64,000 nucleotides of DNA from Octopus bimaculoides (Eukaryota): assembly GCF_001194135.2 (NCBI RefSeq), contig NC_068993.1:26289958-26353957 (forward strand), written 5' to 3'. The translations under genes and the position numbers were made by a program. Positions 51,896 to 64,000 of the stretch are shown here, in pieces (the stretch's first letter is position 1; each line of letters opens with the position of its first letter). A model generated the notes under the pieces. That model was not told where the DNA came from and did no database searches. It worked only from the letters and a program-made list of their open reading frames with translations.

Positions 51896-52015
51896 TTCAC
51901 ACACTGCTATATACATATATATTTCAACTGATGTACACACAGACACACACACACACACATATGTATATTACAACTGATATATTTATATATATATATATAT
52001 GCACACACACCAGGG

Positions 52016-52260
52016 TAAGCATATAAATGTGAAAAAAGGGGGCAAAATAGTACTCAAATACCGGAGGTTGAGTAATATGCTTTCACGGACATATTTTTTT
52101 CTCTGTTTGTTTCTCTCTCTGTTTCTTTCTGTGTTCCTTTCTGTGGAAGAGCGTAGGCTCGAAATGTTAAAGACTTTTTCAATTCCCGAGCATTATACTA
52201 ATACATTTGTTTGTTTTCTACACCATCTGTCTTCATCTTTTGTTTTTTTGTGAATTCTCT
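52016..52260 (+). repeat. Interspersed repeat with a GAGC-gtag-GCTC-GAAA motif (PLE-terminus-like); a homologous copy is on the minus strand at ~62270-62375
   Basis: gaagagcgtaggctcgaaatgttaaagac versus the reverse complement of cttttacattttgagcctacactcttcag; flanks are also homologous. Confidence 0.55.
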
Positions 52261-52288
52261 CCATATATATATATTTATATAGCCAATA

Positions 52289-54933
52289 TCTATATATATA
52301 AAATATGTGTGTGTCTGTGTGTCTGTTGTTCCGGATTCTTCTCCAAAAGTAGCCAACATTTTTTTTGAAACTTTACATATTGGTGCATTTTTGGACGAGA
52401 TGGGTTGTGACGCTATTGATTTTTTCATATTGATATCGGATCTCCCTGAAAAATCAATAAATCAATATTGATTTTTTCCAAAAGTTGTCCGATTTTCATC
52501 AAAATCAACATACTTATGCATTTTTATCTAAGGAGTTAATAGCATCATTAGTTTTTCAAATTCCGTTTCATTTGAGCACAGGATGAAAAGAACCTTCTCA
52601 AAAAATGCCCTTTTGGACATAGCGCCTGAAGCTTTTATCCAATTGCGCTCAACTTCATGTCCAATGTACATTAGACTCTAAACTACAGACATCGGGCAAT
52701 ATTGCAGTATCCCGAACTGGATGGCACCAGTGATGAGATTCACAATAGAGGACTGATTGACCTCGTGGACAGGGTTATTTCCCTTGGTGGTACTGATTTG
52801 CCGACATACGGTTTACCAGCTACACTTTGGTCAGTATACAACACACTTTCTTCTGCAGTCTTGTGAGAAATGTCTTATGACAAAGCGTCTCTTGCCCAAT
52901 TTGTCAATGAGGTGGAACCACAACTGCTTCCGGACTAACACCATGTCTACAACTGTATTGTTAGCAGTGTGCATTGCTGGTCTGGTGGCATTCTCTACTT
53001 GGATGCACCAGGTGGCACCAGAAAAATCTTTTTAATCAAATTAATTCTCGCAAATGTACAGCAAAATGGAGACATAGCATTAGCTGTAGCCTCTTCTGAG
53101 ATTGCTGCCACTTTGTTGCCAGGTAAAAGAACAGCACATTCCACCTTCAAACTTCCACTGAATTTAATGGCTCCAGAAGCCCACTCCTGCAACGTCAGCA
53201 AAAGTTCTGACCAAGGACAAGTACTCCGATGGTGCATTCTTATCATATGGGATGAGTGCACAATGGCTCACAGAGGAGGCTTAGAGGCATTAGATAGAGC
53301 TCTGAGGGATATACAAGGCAGTCAGGTTCCAATGGGCAGTGCAATGCTTCTACTGTCAGGTGACTTAAGACAATCTCTTCCTGTCATTCCTAAAGGTACG
53401 AGGGCAGATGAAGCACAAGCATGCCTTAAGTCCTCACTGTTGAGGCATCATGTTATGACGCTTACGCTATCCACAAATATGAGAGCCCGACTTTATGGTG
53501 ATCGAACTTCTTCCCAGTTTGCTAAAGAAATTTTGGAACTTGGTGATGGTAAGGTGCCTTTGGATGCAGGTGAACTAGACATCTCGCCACTTTGTACCAT
53601 TGTATCTTCTATCAATGAACTAAAGGACAAGGTGTTCCCAAATTTTCAGGATAACTACTACAATCTTAACTGGTTGTATGAAAGAGCAATACTTACTCCT
53701 AAGAACACCACCATAAGCAAGTTGAATGATCAACTCCTCCATTCTCTACCTGGAAATCATCGAACATTTAAGTCAATTGATACCATGATAGACAACAATG
53801 AGGCAGTTAATTATCCTACCGAATTTCTTAACACATTGGACCCTCCATGCCTTCCTCCACATACATTACAGCTGAAAGAAGGGATTCCAGTAATGCTACT
53901 TCAGAATTTGGAGCTGCCAAAACTATGCAACGGAACACGACTGGTTGTTAAAAAAGCCACATAATAGAGGCTACCATAATTTCCGGGAGTGGAAAGGGAG
54001 ATGATGTTTTCATACCACAAGTTCCTCTCATTCCATCAGGAGTGGCTATTCCTTTCTCCTTTCAGAAGCTTCAATTTCCCATTTGTATCAGCTTCGCTAT
54101 GTCAATAAACAAGTCACAAGGTCAGACACAATCTGTTGCTGGTATTCTTTTGGACGAGTCATGTTTTTCACATGGACAACTATACGTTGGCTATTTGAGA
54201 GTGGGATGCAAGGCGACTCTCTTTGCATTTGCCCGAAATGGGAGAACAAGGAATATCGTGTACAAGGAGGTGCTACAACCAAATCAAAGTGGAAAAATGT
54301 ACGTTTCTATGGTTTTTTGCTAAAGAGTCTTCTCATTTCATAACCACAACCACTACTTTTCAGGTAGCTATGCACTCAATCAGTTGCTATCACATCTACA
54401 ACAGCAATAACACCAATATCATAACAATGTGAATCCTGCATCCATAAGGTTATCAAAGACTGATCAAGACTTACTATTGTTCAATGGAACAATAAATAAA
54501 CGTTTGCTTTCTCTCCTTCCTTTAACAAAAGCCTTACACTTAGGGCTTTATGGGTTGACCATTTGACTATAAGTAGTTATTCCACAAATCTAGGAGAAGT
54601 GATCGTCTAGAGCACAAAGCTATGACACCAAGAAGACTCTGACATATTCAAGACTTCGTTATAGTTATCCACAGAGCAGTAAATAATATATAAGGTCAGG
54701 TTTATAAACTTTAGCAACGCCGACACACATTGCTAATTGTATTGAAGCAGTAATTTCATGCTTATATTACTGATTTTAAATAATTTTCCTGCTTAATTCT
54801 TAACCAAACATTTTGGTAACATATTGGGTTATTGTGATCAGATCACTTATCTTCCATTTATTTTGAAATTGAAATACCTCGGTGTTGTTTTACATTAATT
54901 GATGTTCCCAGGCCATGCCAGGTAAACTGCTAG
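52289..54933 (+). mobile_element. Internally deleted Helitron with both termini
   Basis: 5' end A|TCTATATATATAAAA..gtgtgtctgtgtgtctg at 52289. 3' end: GC-rich imperfect hairpin cccaggccatgccagg, then CTAG|T at 54930-54933. A helicase remnant lies inside and no Rep domain is seen. Confidence 0.8.
52745..54323 (+). pseudogene. Helitron Pif1-family (SF1B) helicase, disrupted
   Basis: LDAPGGTRKIF (Walker A GKT altered), VASSEIAATLL..RTAHSTFKLP, IIWDECTM, GDLRQSLPV, TNMRA, RAILTPKN, LPPH.L.LK.G.PVMLL.NL..LCNGTRL. Frameshift near 53960, then FAMSINKSQGQT and FSHGQLYVG..RV. In-frame stop near 52936. Confidence 0.95.
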
Positions 54934-54941
54934 TATATATA

Positions 54942-54981
<40 letters not shown>

Positions 54982-55127
54982 AATTAATATTCAGGTCAAG
55001 TGAGTAAGTATAAAGGCTTAGCCACATGCTTAAAGAAGATGCCAAATGTCTCTAAGCTACCTTAAAAATATCACAATAAATATGCACCGAATTCGGGCAA
55101 ATAAATGAAACAGAGAGAGAGAGAGAA

Positions 55128-55176
<49 letters not shown>

Positions 55177-55279
55177 TGTCNNNNNNNNNNNNNNNNNNNN
55201 NNNNNNNNNNNNNNNNNNNNNNNNNNNNNNNNNNNNNNNNNNNNNNNNNNNNNNNNNNNNNNNNNNNNNNNNNNNNNNN

Positions 55280-55364
<85 letters not shown>

Positions 55365-55367
55365 TGT

Positions 55368-55595
55368 CTATATGAGTGTGTCTTTATGTCTGTATTTGCA
55401 ACTCCACTGATTGACAACTGGTGTTGCTGTGTTTACACACCCACAACTTAGTGGTTTGGTAAAAGAGACTGACAGAAGAACTAACAAACTTGAAAAAAAA
55501 GAAAAAAAAACATAAGTCCTGAGATTGAGTTGTTCAACTAAAGTCTTTCAATGCAGTACCCCAGCATGGTCCAATGACTGAGACAAGTAAAAGAA
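55368..55595 (+). mobile_element. SINE family A tail module
   Basis: gattgacaactggtgttgctgtgttta..aagtcctgagattgagttgttcaactaaag..cccagcatgg..gactgagacaagtaaaag. Confidence 0.7.
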
Positions 55596-56039
55596 ATGCT
55601 GAAACTTATCTTTCTTTAATGAAACAATATCTTTTTATTTTTTCTGTTTTATGCTTATTCTCATTATTTTATATTAAGAATATTTTGAATGAAGATCTAT
55701 TCGACCATTTTGAGCATCTAGCTATTTGAAGATTTATATGCCTTTTTGACAATCTAACAATTTTAATTTTAATGCATAAATTTTTTATTGCATTTTATGG
55801 TCTACATTAACTGTTATGATTTGTTGTTTTTTCCCTAATCATTTATGATACCACTGCAAAATTATATATCCTTCTCCTTCTTATACACCGTGTTGGATTC
55901 AATGAGCTATGAACACAATGAAAGAAAGAAAATACAGGCTAACTCCTTCAAGAATACAACTATGAAATATATTTCTACATTGTAATATAGTTTGATCATC
56001 AAATAAAATATCCAGCTCACTAATTAAATAGATAAATAA

Positions 56040-56430
56040 TATATGCATGATGTATGTGTATATATAAGTATGTATGTATGAATTATGTATGTAGGTTGGT
56101 AGGTAGGTAGGTAGGTAGGTAGGTAGGCACGTAGGTAGGTAAGTATACATGCACACACACATATATATATAACTACATAAAATACATGCATGCATACATA
56201 CATACATACATACATGCATGCATGTTTATATGTATGTATAAGGTATGTATACATCTTTGTATGTATACATATACGATATATATATATATGTGTGTGTGTG
56301 TAAGTACATATGTGTGTATCATGTATGTATGTATGAATGAACATGTGTGTGTATGCATGAGTGTATGATGCATGTATATGTATGATGTATGTATGTAATT
56401 ATGTAGTGTGTATGTATCTATGTACAAAGG
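56040..56430. repeat. (TATG)n/(TAGG)n/(TG)n microsatellite block
   Basis: Direct reading. Confidence 0.9.
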
Positions 56431-57524
56431 GAAGAGATGTGACACAAAAACGTAGCTCAATAATACTACAGCATTTATCCAGTACTTTAGTTTTGCCCAT
56501 GTTCAAATTCCGATAGAGAATTTTGTGTTTTGTGTTGTTTTTTTTCTTTTATTCTTTTATAGCTTGATATCAATGGATACCTAGGATCAAGCTCCTACCC
56601 ACCACTACCTTCGCCATCGCTACCAACACCATCATCACAAAATCGATCTTGTGTCTAAATATGAAACCTACATTACAAAAGAATATTCTGATCAGCATCA
56701 AAGATATACAACAGATTCAATGAGTCAGATTTATAGCTGAGAGAAAGAAATTAGGTGACAATTGTACCATTCTCATGGAGATTAGTGTAATAAGTGGAGT
56801 GCAATAGTCTTGGTTTGTCTCTATCCTCTTGAATAAAGATGCTAATGAAATTCTGATGAATGGAAACACTTCTGATGGAGATATGTATTGGTATGGCTAC
56901 ATATGAAAATAATGATTATATAAGGAAATATATAATCCTGTTAATGAAATAATTCTCCTGATAAAGGTATAATTCCTTCTATGAACTCCCATCAGCTTGG
57001 GGTGAGGGAGAGAGAGGGGGGAAGAGAGACACCCTTGTCTTTGAATAGATATCTCTCCTGGAGAAGAGAAACTCTGATGCAAGGCCTGTGATTTTGTTTG
57101 CATCCAATGATGTAGACTAGTTCTTGTTTTGGGGACAAATGCATATGCTGTTTAGAGAGTGAAATTGACCATGTGCTAGGCCTTGCATCACTTTAAAAAG
57201 CTTCAGGCATAGGCATCACATGATTTTTAACATATGTGTTGCATGCTAAAGCAGGCTGTAGCTGGAAAAGGCAAAATACTAACTTAAAATTTCCATGATG
57301 GAATAAAGGTGCATGTCAGCATGGGTGGTAAACTCTTTGAACACCTGCTGCAAGGGGTGCCATACCCATCATTGCTACACCTGTGCAAAAGAATGTAGAT
57401 CCCCGACAGAACTGGAATGTCACATCCTTGATAATCACATTTAAGAGAACAACCAAGCGCTACCATTGCTTGAAATTGGGTTGCATCTATATATATCTAT
57501 GTACATGTGTATGCATGTATGGTC

Positions 57525-57561
<37 letters not shown>

Positions 57562-57978
57562 TTAATTTTAAAATAATTAGATTATGAAAAAGGAAAAAGA
57601 ATTCCCAAGTTATGTATGTAAGTATCTTNNNNNNNNNNNNNNNNNNNNNNNNNNNNNNNNNNNNNNNNNNNNNNNNNNNNNNNNNNNNNNNNNNNNNNNN
57701 NNNNNNNNNNNNNNNNNNNNNNNNNNNNNNNNNNNNNNNNNNNNNNNNNNNNNNNNNNNNNNNNNNNNNNNNNNNNNNNNNNNNNNNNNNNNNNNNNNNN
57801 NNNNNNNNNNNNNNNNNNNNNNNNNNNNNNNNNNNNNNNNNNNNNNNNNNNNNNNNNNNNNNNNNNNNNNNNNNNNNNNNNNNNNNNNNNNNNNNNNNNN
57901 NNNNNNNNNNNNNNNNNNNNNNNNNNNNNNNNNNNNNNNNNNNNNNNNNNNNNNNNNNNNNNNNNNNNNNNNNNNNNN

Positions 57979-58205
57979 GGCACATAAAAGACACCATTTC
58001 GAGCGTGGCCGTTTTCGTGCGGGTGACACGTAAAAGCACCCACTACACTCTCTGAGTGGTTGGCGTTAGGAAGGGCATCCAGCTGTAGAAACTCTGCTAA
58101 ATCAGACTGGAGCCTGGTGTTGCCATCCGGTTTCACCAGTCCTCAGTCAAATCGTCCAACCCATGCTAGCATGGAAAGCGGACGTTAAACGATGATGATG
58201 ATGAT
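57979..58205 (+). mobile_element. Young RTE-tailed repeat (same family as 38640-39280)
   Basis: CpG-rich: ggcgttaggaagggcatccagctgtagaaac..cccatgctagcatggaaagcggacgttaaac(gat)n. Confidence 0.8.
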
Positions 58206-58367
58206 ATATATATATATAATAAATGGAAAAATTGTATGTTAAATAAACATATGACATAGCATATACTGAGTGTACAACGAGATGGGAGACAGACGCAGAA
58301 GGTCCCTAATTTTTCATCAGTTATCAACCAATTGGTAATACTCAGTTTCACACCATTAATGTATACT

Positions 58368-58850
58368 TATTTTTATATCTTTTACTTGTTTCAGTCATTA
58401 GAAAGCGGCCATGCTGGGGCACCACCTTAAAGAGGTTTTAGTGAAATGAATCAACCCCACTGCTTATTTTTTTTAAGCCTGGTACTTATTCTACTGATCT
58501 CTATTGCTGAACCACTAAGTTACATGGATGTAAACACACCAACACCAGTTGTCAAGTGGGAATGGGAGACAAACACTGACACAAAGATACATATACATAC
58601 ACATGTACAAAACACACACATGCACACACAAACACACACACAAGCACACATACACGCATACAAACATACATATAGATAGATTCATAGAATGAGTTTCTTT
58701 CAGTTTCTACCTACCAAATCCACTCACAAGGCTTTGGTCAGCCTGAGGATGTAGAAGACATTTGCACAAGGTGCCATGCAATAGGAGTGAACCCAGAACC
58801 ATGCAGTTGGGAAGCAAGCTTTTTACCAGACAGACATGCCTGCACTTATA
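58368..58850 (-). mobile_element. SINE family A, full composite
   Basis: Tail, (CA)-rich spacer and head in reverse orientation. Confidence 0.85.
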
Positions 58851-59620
58851 TCCATATCTTGGTCTGTGTGCATGTTTCTACATGTATGTGGGTGTTGTAT
58901 GCACAAACAAATTTAGAAAATACATCAAATAAAAATAATAATATCAAAGAGTTTCAAGGTTAAAGATTTGAAGAACAAATCTAAGAAGAATAGTTTGTCT
59001 CCAAGAATTGATGTTCGGTGAAAGTGTCATAGAATCTGACATTTTAAATAAAATTGAGTAGAACAAGTCCCACAAAATTTAACAATTTCAAATTGTCTGA
59101 ATGTCGATGTCACTCATGCTAATGATGGATGTACATATGTATGTATATATATGGTGGTTGTCTACTCTTTATGCAGAGTATTGTCATCATCTAATATACA
59201 TATTTCCATGGTTGCATGAATCAGACAGAATTTGTTGAAGCAGATTTGCTAGGGCCAGATACCCTTCCAGTAGCCAACACTTACCTATTTCTAAGCAAGG
59301 TAATATTTAAGTACATGTTTCTAGTATTTATGTGCTTCAGGAATGATGCATGAGAGAGAAACCAATCATTAAAGACATGCTTGTTGAACCAAGATTTCTT
59401 GGAACGGTAATAATGTACTGTTAACAGCTCTCTAAACTTCATGAGCATGCTAACCTCTCCTCTACTACCAAATCTAGAATATGTAACTCAATGCCATAAC
59501 ACATTCTTTATATACATACCATTCTTAAAATGTTGGGTATTCTGGGCAGTGACTGCCAATTCAACCCAGTTTCATTTCCACAATACATTTGAGTAAATAT
59601 TTGCAGTTCAGACATAAAAT

Positions 59621-60008
59621 AGGAACAGGCATGGTTGTGTGGTAAGAAGTTTGCTTCCCAACCACATGGTTCTGGGTTCAGTCCCACTACGTGGTACCTT
59701 GGGCAAGTGCTTTCTACTATGGCCTTGGGCTGACCAAAGCCTTGTGAGTAGATTTGGTAAAAATTAACTGAAGCTTGCCGTGTGTGTGTGTGTGTGTGTG
59801 TGTGTCTTTGTGGCAGTGTTTTTCCCCCACCACCACTTGACAAATGGTGTTGGTGTGTTTATGTCCCCAGAACTTAGCATTTCAGCAAAAGAGACCAATA
59901 CCAGGCTTAAAAAGAAATAAATATTGGGATCAATTCATTTGATTAAAACTTCTTCAAAGTGTTTCCCCAGCATGGCCACAGCCTAATGACTGAAACAAGT
60001 AAAAGAAT
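59621..60008 (+). mobile_element. SINE family A, full composite
   Basis: ggcatggttgtgtggtaagaag..gggttcagtcccac..(TG)n..tail. Confidence 0.85.
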
Positions 60009-61139
60009 AATTGAATAAAATATCATTTAACTTCTTGAATGATTTGACTTCCGCATTGAGGAATTGTCTGTTTCACCATTGATAATCATATTACCCATTC
60101 TTTAGTAATTTCTAAATTGTCATAACTCTTGTCACTGGTTTTTAACTTTTTGATACCCATATACTTAGTTTCCTTGATAGCAGCAATTTTCAGTTTATAC
60201 ACAAGATGAAAGGATCACCGATGGATAAACCCCATCCATACTACCATCTCGAGAATTAAATCTTTTGCAACTCTCAAACACTTTGACTAAATGACAATGA
60301 TTTAGAATTTGCAGGGAGTTTTTCCTAAGTTTTGCATTTTGTCTGAAACTTCGCTTTCTTAACAACTGCTGCATTATTTCTTAACAAAGGACAGAAGAAA
60401 ATTAATTTCCCATTAAGATCTATTATTATATTATTGGCTGAGATTAATATCTACCTTGGTGTACAATGCTCACCTGATTCTAACTCAGGTTTTATTTGGT
60501 TTATCCAGTATCTGACTTAATGAGGTGCAGTTTAATAAAGGTTCACTAAGTATCTAATAATAATGATGATGGCCATTCCCACTGATTTCAATGTACAACT
60601 GTTAGAAGGAAAAGATTAAAGATAAATAAAAAAAGAGAAAGAATTAAAAAACTATATCTAATTGCAATGAATGTGTGAATGTAATTTGAATCCAGGTATG
60701 GATTTTGTTACATCACAATGGGGGCAATGATGATTTTGATTTTGCCTGGGATTGGATAAATGTGTTTAATGACTGCAGGATATAATTCTTTCATTGTTCT
60801 GTTTCTTCAACTCAAATTGTTTAGATACATCATCACACATTTTATGCCATGCAGGTTGATCTAGGTAGTAACTTTCCCAGATGTTACATTTAGTATAGGG
60901 ATTTTAGTGATTCCTTTAACTTATCCTTATACCTTAACTGAGGTCTTCCTTTACTGTGAAATCCCTCTAATAATAATAATAGTCCTTTCTACTAATAGGT
61001 ACAGAGCTTGAGATTTTTTTTTTTTTTTTTTGATTACATCGACCTAGTGCTCAACTAGAACTTATTTCATCAACCCAAAAGGATGAAACACAAAGTCAAC
61101 CTTGGTGGAATTTGTAATCAAAATGTAAAGACAGACAAA

Positions 61140-61514
61140 AATATTTTAATGTTTTTTAAATTATTTTCAAATGAATACTATTCCAAAAATTTTTTGGCAT
61201 ATATAAAAAATATTTTAAAGAGAAAACGGCTTTAAAAATATGGCAAATATTTCGTAAAAGACCTGTTCCTAACCTTGGCATGAAATAATTTTTTTTCCAT
61301 AGGTTTTTTTTCCATAGGGGAAGATTCATAAATTTTCAAAGATTTTTGTTCACAAAATGCTTCCCCCATCATTTGACAGGATATGATAATAAAAAATTTG
61401 AAAATTCCTCTTCAACACCGAGAAAATCCAACTTATGTGGGTGTGCTATTTGGAAAGTTTGCCAAAGCAGTTTATTGAGAAAATAACCTGGCAACAACGG
61501 GATACTCAGCAAGT
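61140..61514 (+). mobile_element. Probable non-autonomous Helitron 3' portion
   Basis: Ends cctggcaacaacgggatactcagCAAG|T, which resembles the hairpin plus CTAG|T terminus at 54907-54934. Confidence 0.45.
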
Positions 61515-62957
61515 TTGGGGGGGGGGCGTGTATATATATACACACACATGTGCACACACATACATACGCACACATATGCACACTCACACACACACATACT
61601 GATGTATATATAACATTTTCAAATCTTAATTGCAGACATACATACATCCATCCATACAGACAAACAAGCAGGCAGAGAGAGACATGCATAGATAAACATT
61701 CAATTCAATCTGTCAAGATTAACTGGATAATTTATATTTATGTTTATATATCTTTCTGTGTGGTAATTTGAGATTTAGATCCATAGCTGGGTTTCACACA
61801 GACACATTGAATTTATCAGTGGTAAGGGGTGGGATGGAAAGCAGGCAGCCATTGAACACATGACAAATACAGTTAGAATAGAAGGACATATATTAGGAGA
61901 ATCTATGCAGTTTTACAAGAGGCTTTGTGATGATACACAAATGGTCCCCATACACACAAATACCTATACATACACATGTACACACATAACATATATATAA
62001 ATCTATCTATCTAACTAGCTTGCTATAAATATATATATATATACACACACGCACACACGTATGAATTGAGGATATAATCATTAAAATGATTATATTAGTG
62101 GCTAGCATATAAAAACCACCATATTGGTAAAATTAATTTTACTGATATGTTTATATATAAATATACATATGTATATATATAATATGTATATATATATATA
62201 TATAAATTTCAACTATATATGTAGTTGAAATTTATAGAAAACAAAAGATGAAGACAGGTGTATAAACAACAAGCAAGTGTATTAGTTTGATGCTCAGGAA
62301 AAATGAAAACATCTTTTACATTTTGAGCCTACACTCTTCAGTAGAAAGGAATAAGAGAAAATAAACAGAGAGAGAATGAAAAAAACTTGTAGATTTCAGC
62401 GGTCAAACCCGGTGATCCTGAATGAACTTCCTACTCTTTGGACTTGCATATCTGAACCACTTCCTGAACTTTCAGCTTCTCCTCATTCACATACCAGCAG
62501 TCCACCCAGATTACCACTGGATTTAAATATATATATATATATATATATATATANNNNNNNNNNNNNNNNNNNNNNNNNNNNNNNNNNNNNNNNNNNNNNN
62601 NNNNNNNNNNNNNNNNNNNNNNNNNNNNNNNNNNNNNNNNNNNNNNNNNNNNNNNNNNNNNNNNNNNNNNNNNNNNNNNNNNNNNNNNNNNNNNNNNNNN
62701 NNNNNNNNNNNNNNNNNNNNNNNNNNNNNNNNNNNNNNNNNNNNNNNNNNNNNNNNNNNNNNNNNNNNNNNNNNNNNNNNNNNNNNNNNNNNNNNNNNNN
62801 NNNNNNNNNNNNNNNNNNNNNNNNNNNNNNNNNNNNNNNNNNNNNNNNNNNNNNNNNNNNNNNNNNNNNNNNNNNNNNNNNNNNNNNNNNNNNNNNNNNN
62901 NNNNNNNNNNNNNNNNNNNNNNNNNNNNNNNNNNNNNNNNNNNNNNNNNNNNNNNNG

Positions 62958-63097
62958 TCACCACCACCTTCATCATCATCATCATCATCATCATCATCTT
63001 CTTCTTCTTCTTCTTCTTCTTCTTCTTCTTCTTCTTCTTCTTCTTCTTCTTCTTCTTCTTCTTCTTCTTCTTCTTCTTCTTCTTCTTCTTCTTCTTT
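62958..63097. repeat. (TCA)n/(TCT)n trinucleotide repeat
   Basis: Direct reading. Confidence 0.95.
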
Positions 63098-63319
63098 GTA
63101 TTAACATCTACTTTTCTATGTCTGCAAAGGCCAGGCAGAATGCACTGAGGTTGAGCCAAATGCCCTTCCTGTCACCAACCCTTGCCTGTTCCTGAGCAGC
63201 GTAAATATTTCCACAGACATGGTTTCACAAGAGGTAGAGAAATGAGGAACAATGCTTTTGTGTTGGTGATACTCTTTTACTATTATTGCACAATTTCAAA
63301 ACAAGGAGGCATCAAAGCT

Positions 63320-63363
<44 letters not shown>

Positions 63364-63688
63364 NNNNNNNNNNTCATCATCATCATCATCATCATCATTT
63401 TCATGTGCTTGTAAGCTATTTAAGAGTCCATAAGTCAGGAAAAATTGCACTCATATATATCTGTAATAGTAATCGAACTATATTGTAGGTATATAGTACT
63501 TCAATTAATATATTTATATATACCTTATTGGTAATTTTCAACACCATCCTCCAAAACATTCAGCTTGAAACATATATTACACTGTTATGTTTTGAAAACT
63601 AACCACCCAAACAAACTTAAATGTTTATTTGTGTATTTGAATGGCATCACACTACATTACATGTACCATCACAATTTAAATTGGAATT

Positions 63689-64000
63689 GCAGCTCTCAAC
63701 TGCTTCTCGTTCGCGGGAGATATCTACCAGCAGTTCTCGGGAGTGGCCATGGGGACGAGAATGGGCCCCAACTACGCGAACCTCTTCGTTGGTTATGTTG
63801 AGGCCCAAATATTCTCCAGTTTCACTGGTCCCACTCCCGAACTATACGGTCGGTATATCGACGACTGTATAGGTGCCACCTCACTCTCCCGCGAACATCT
63901 TGACTCGTTCCTCTCTTTCGTTCAGTCTTTCCATCCTGCCCTCCACTTCTCCTGTACTGTCTCTGACACCTCTGTCCCCTTTCTCGACATTTCGGTCAGC
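63689..64000 (+). mobile_element. Penelope-like element reverse transcriptase, 5'-truncated, stop-free to the window end
   Basis: Frame from 63695: LNCFSFAGDIYQQFSGVAMGTRMGPNYANLFVGYVEAQIF...LYGRYIDDCIG...FLSFVQSFHPALHFSCTVSDTSVPFLDISVS (GVAMG, RYIDD and FLD motifs). GC and CpG content jump sharply at ~63689. Confidence 0.92.

Noticed and set aside
52969-53964. Host PIF1 helicase gene
   Set aside because: Intronless, disrupted, bounded by Helitron termini and preceded by a Helitron-type linker (YGLP..YD..L).
60080-60220. Minus-strand KLKIAAIKETKYMG as an RTE AP-endonuclease remnant
   Set aside because: Only one short motif with no flanking APE motifs.

Overview
Repeat-saturated, AT-rich, gap-rich draft assembly of an animal genome. 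The repeat types and microsatellite density suggest an octopus or other cephalopod (inference). I could not recognise any host protein-coding gene. Nearly every ORF in the supplied track is a microsatellite or N-gap artefact. Recognisable content: (1) two R4/Dong-like RLE retrotransposon families, one always embedded in (TAA)n and one always in (CATA)n, each stacked head-to-tail in its own microsatellite; (2) Penelope-like element (PLE) fragments, including a stop-free RT segment running off the window end; (3) two unrelated families of short palindromes whose arms carry type I hammerhead ribozyme motifs, with the copy at 46708-46749 having a complete canonical core; (4) an internally deleted Helitron with both termini and a decayed Pif1-like helicase; (5) Tc1/mariner derivatives, a 565-bp foldback element, RTE and CR1/L2-type LINE fragments; (6) many copies of three tRNA-derived SINE families, plus mini- and microsatellites. 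All assignments are by eye from motifs; no database search or folding computation was run.
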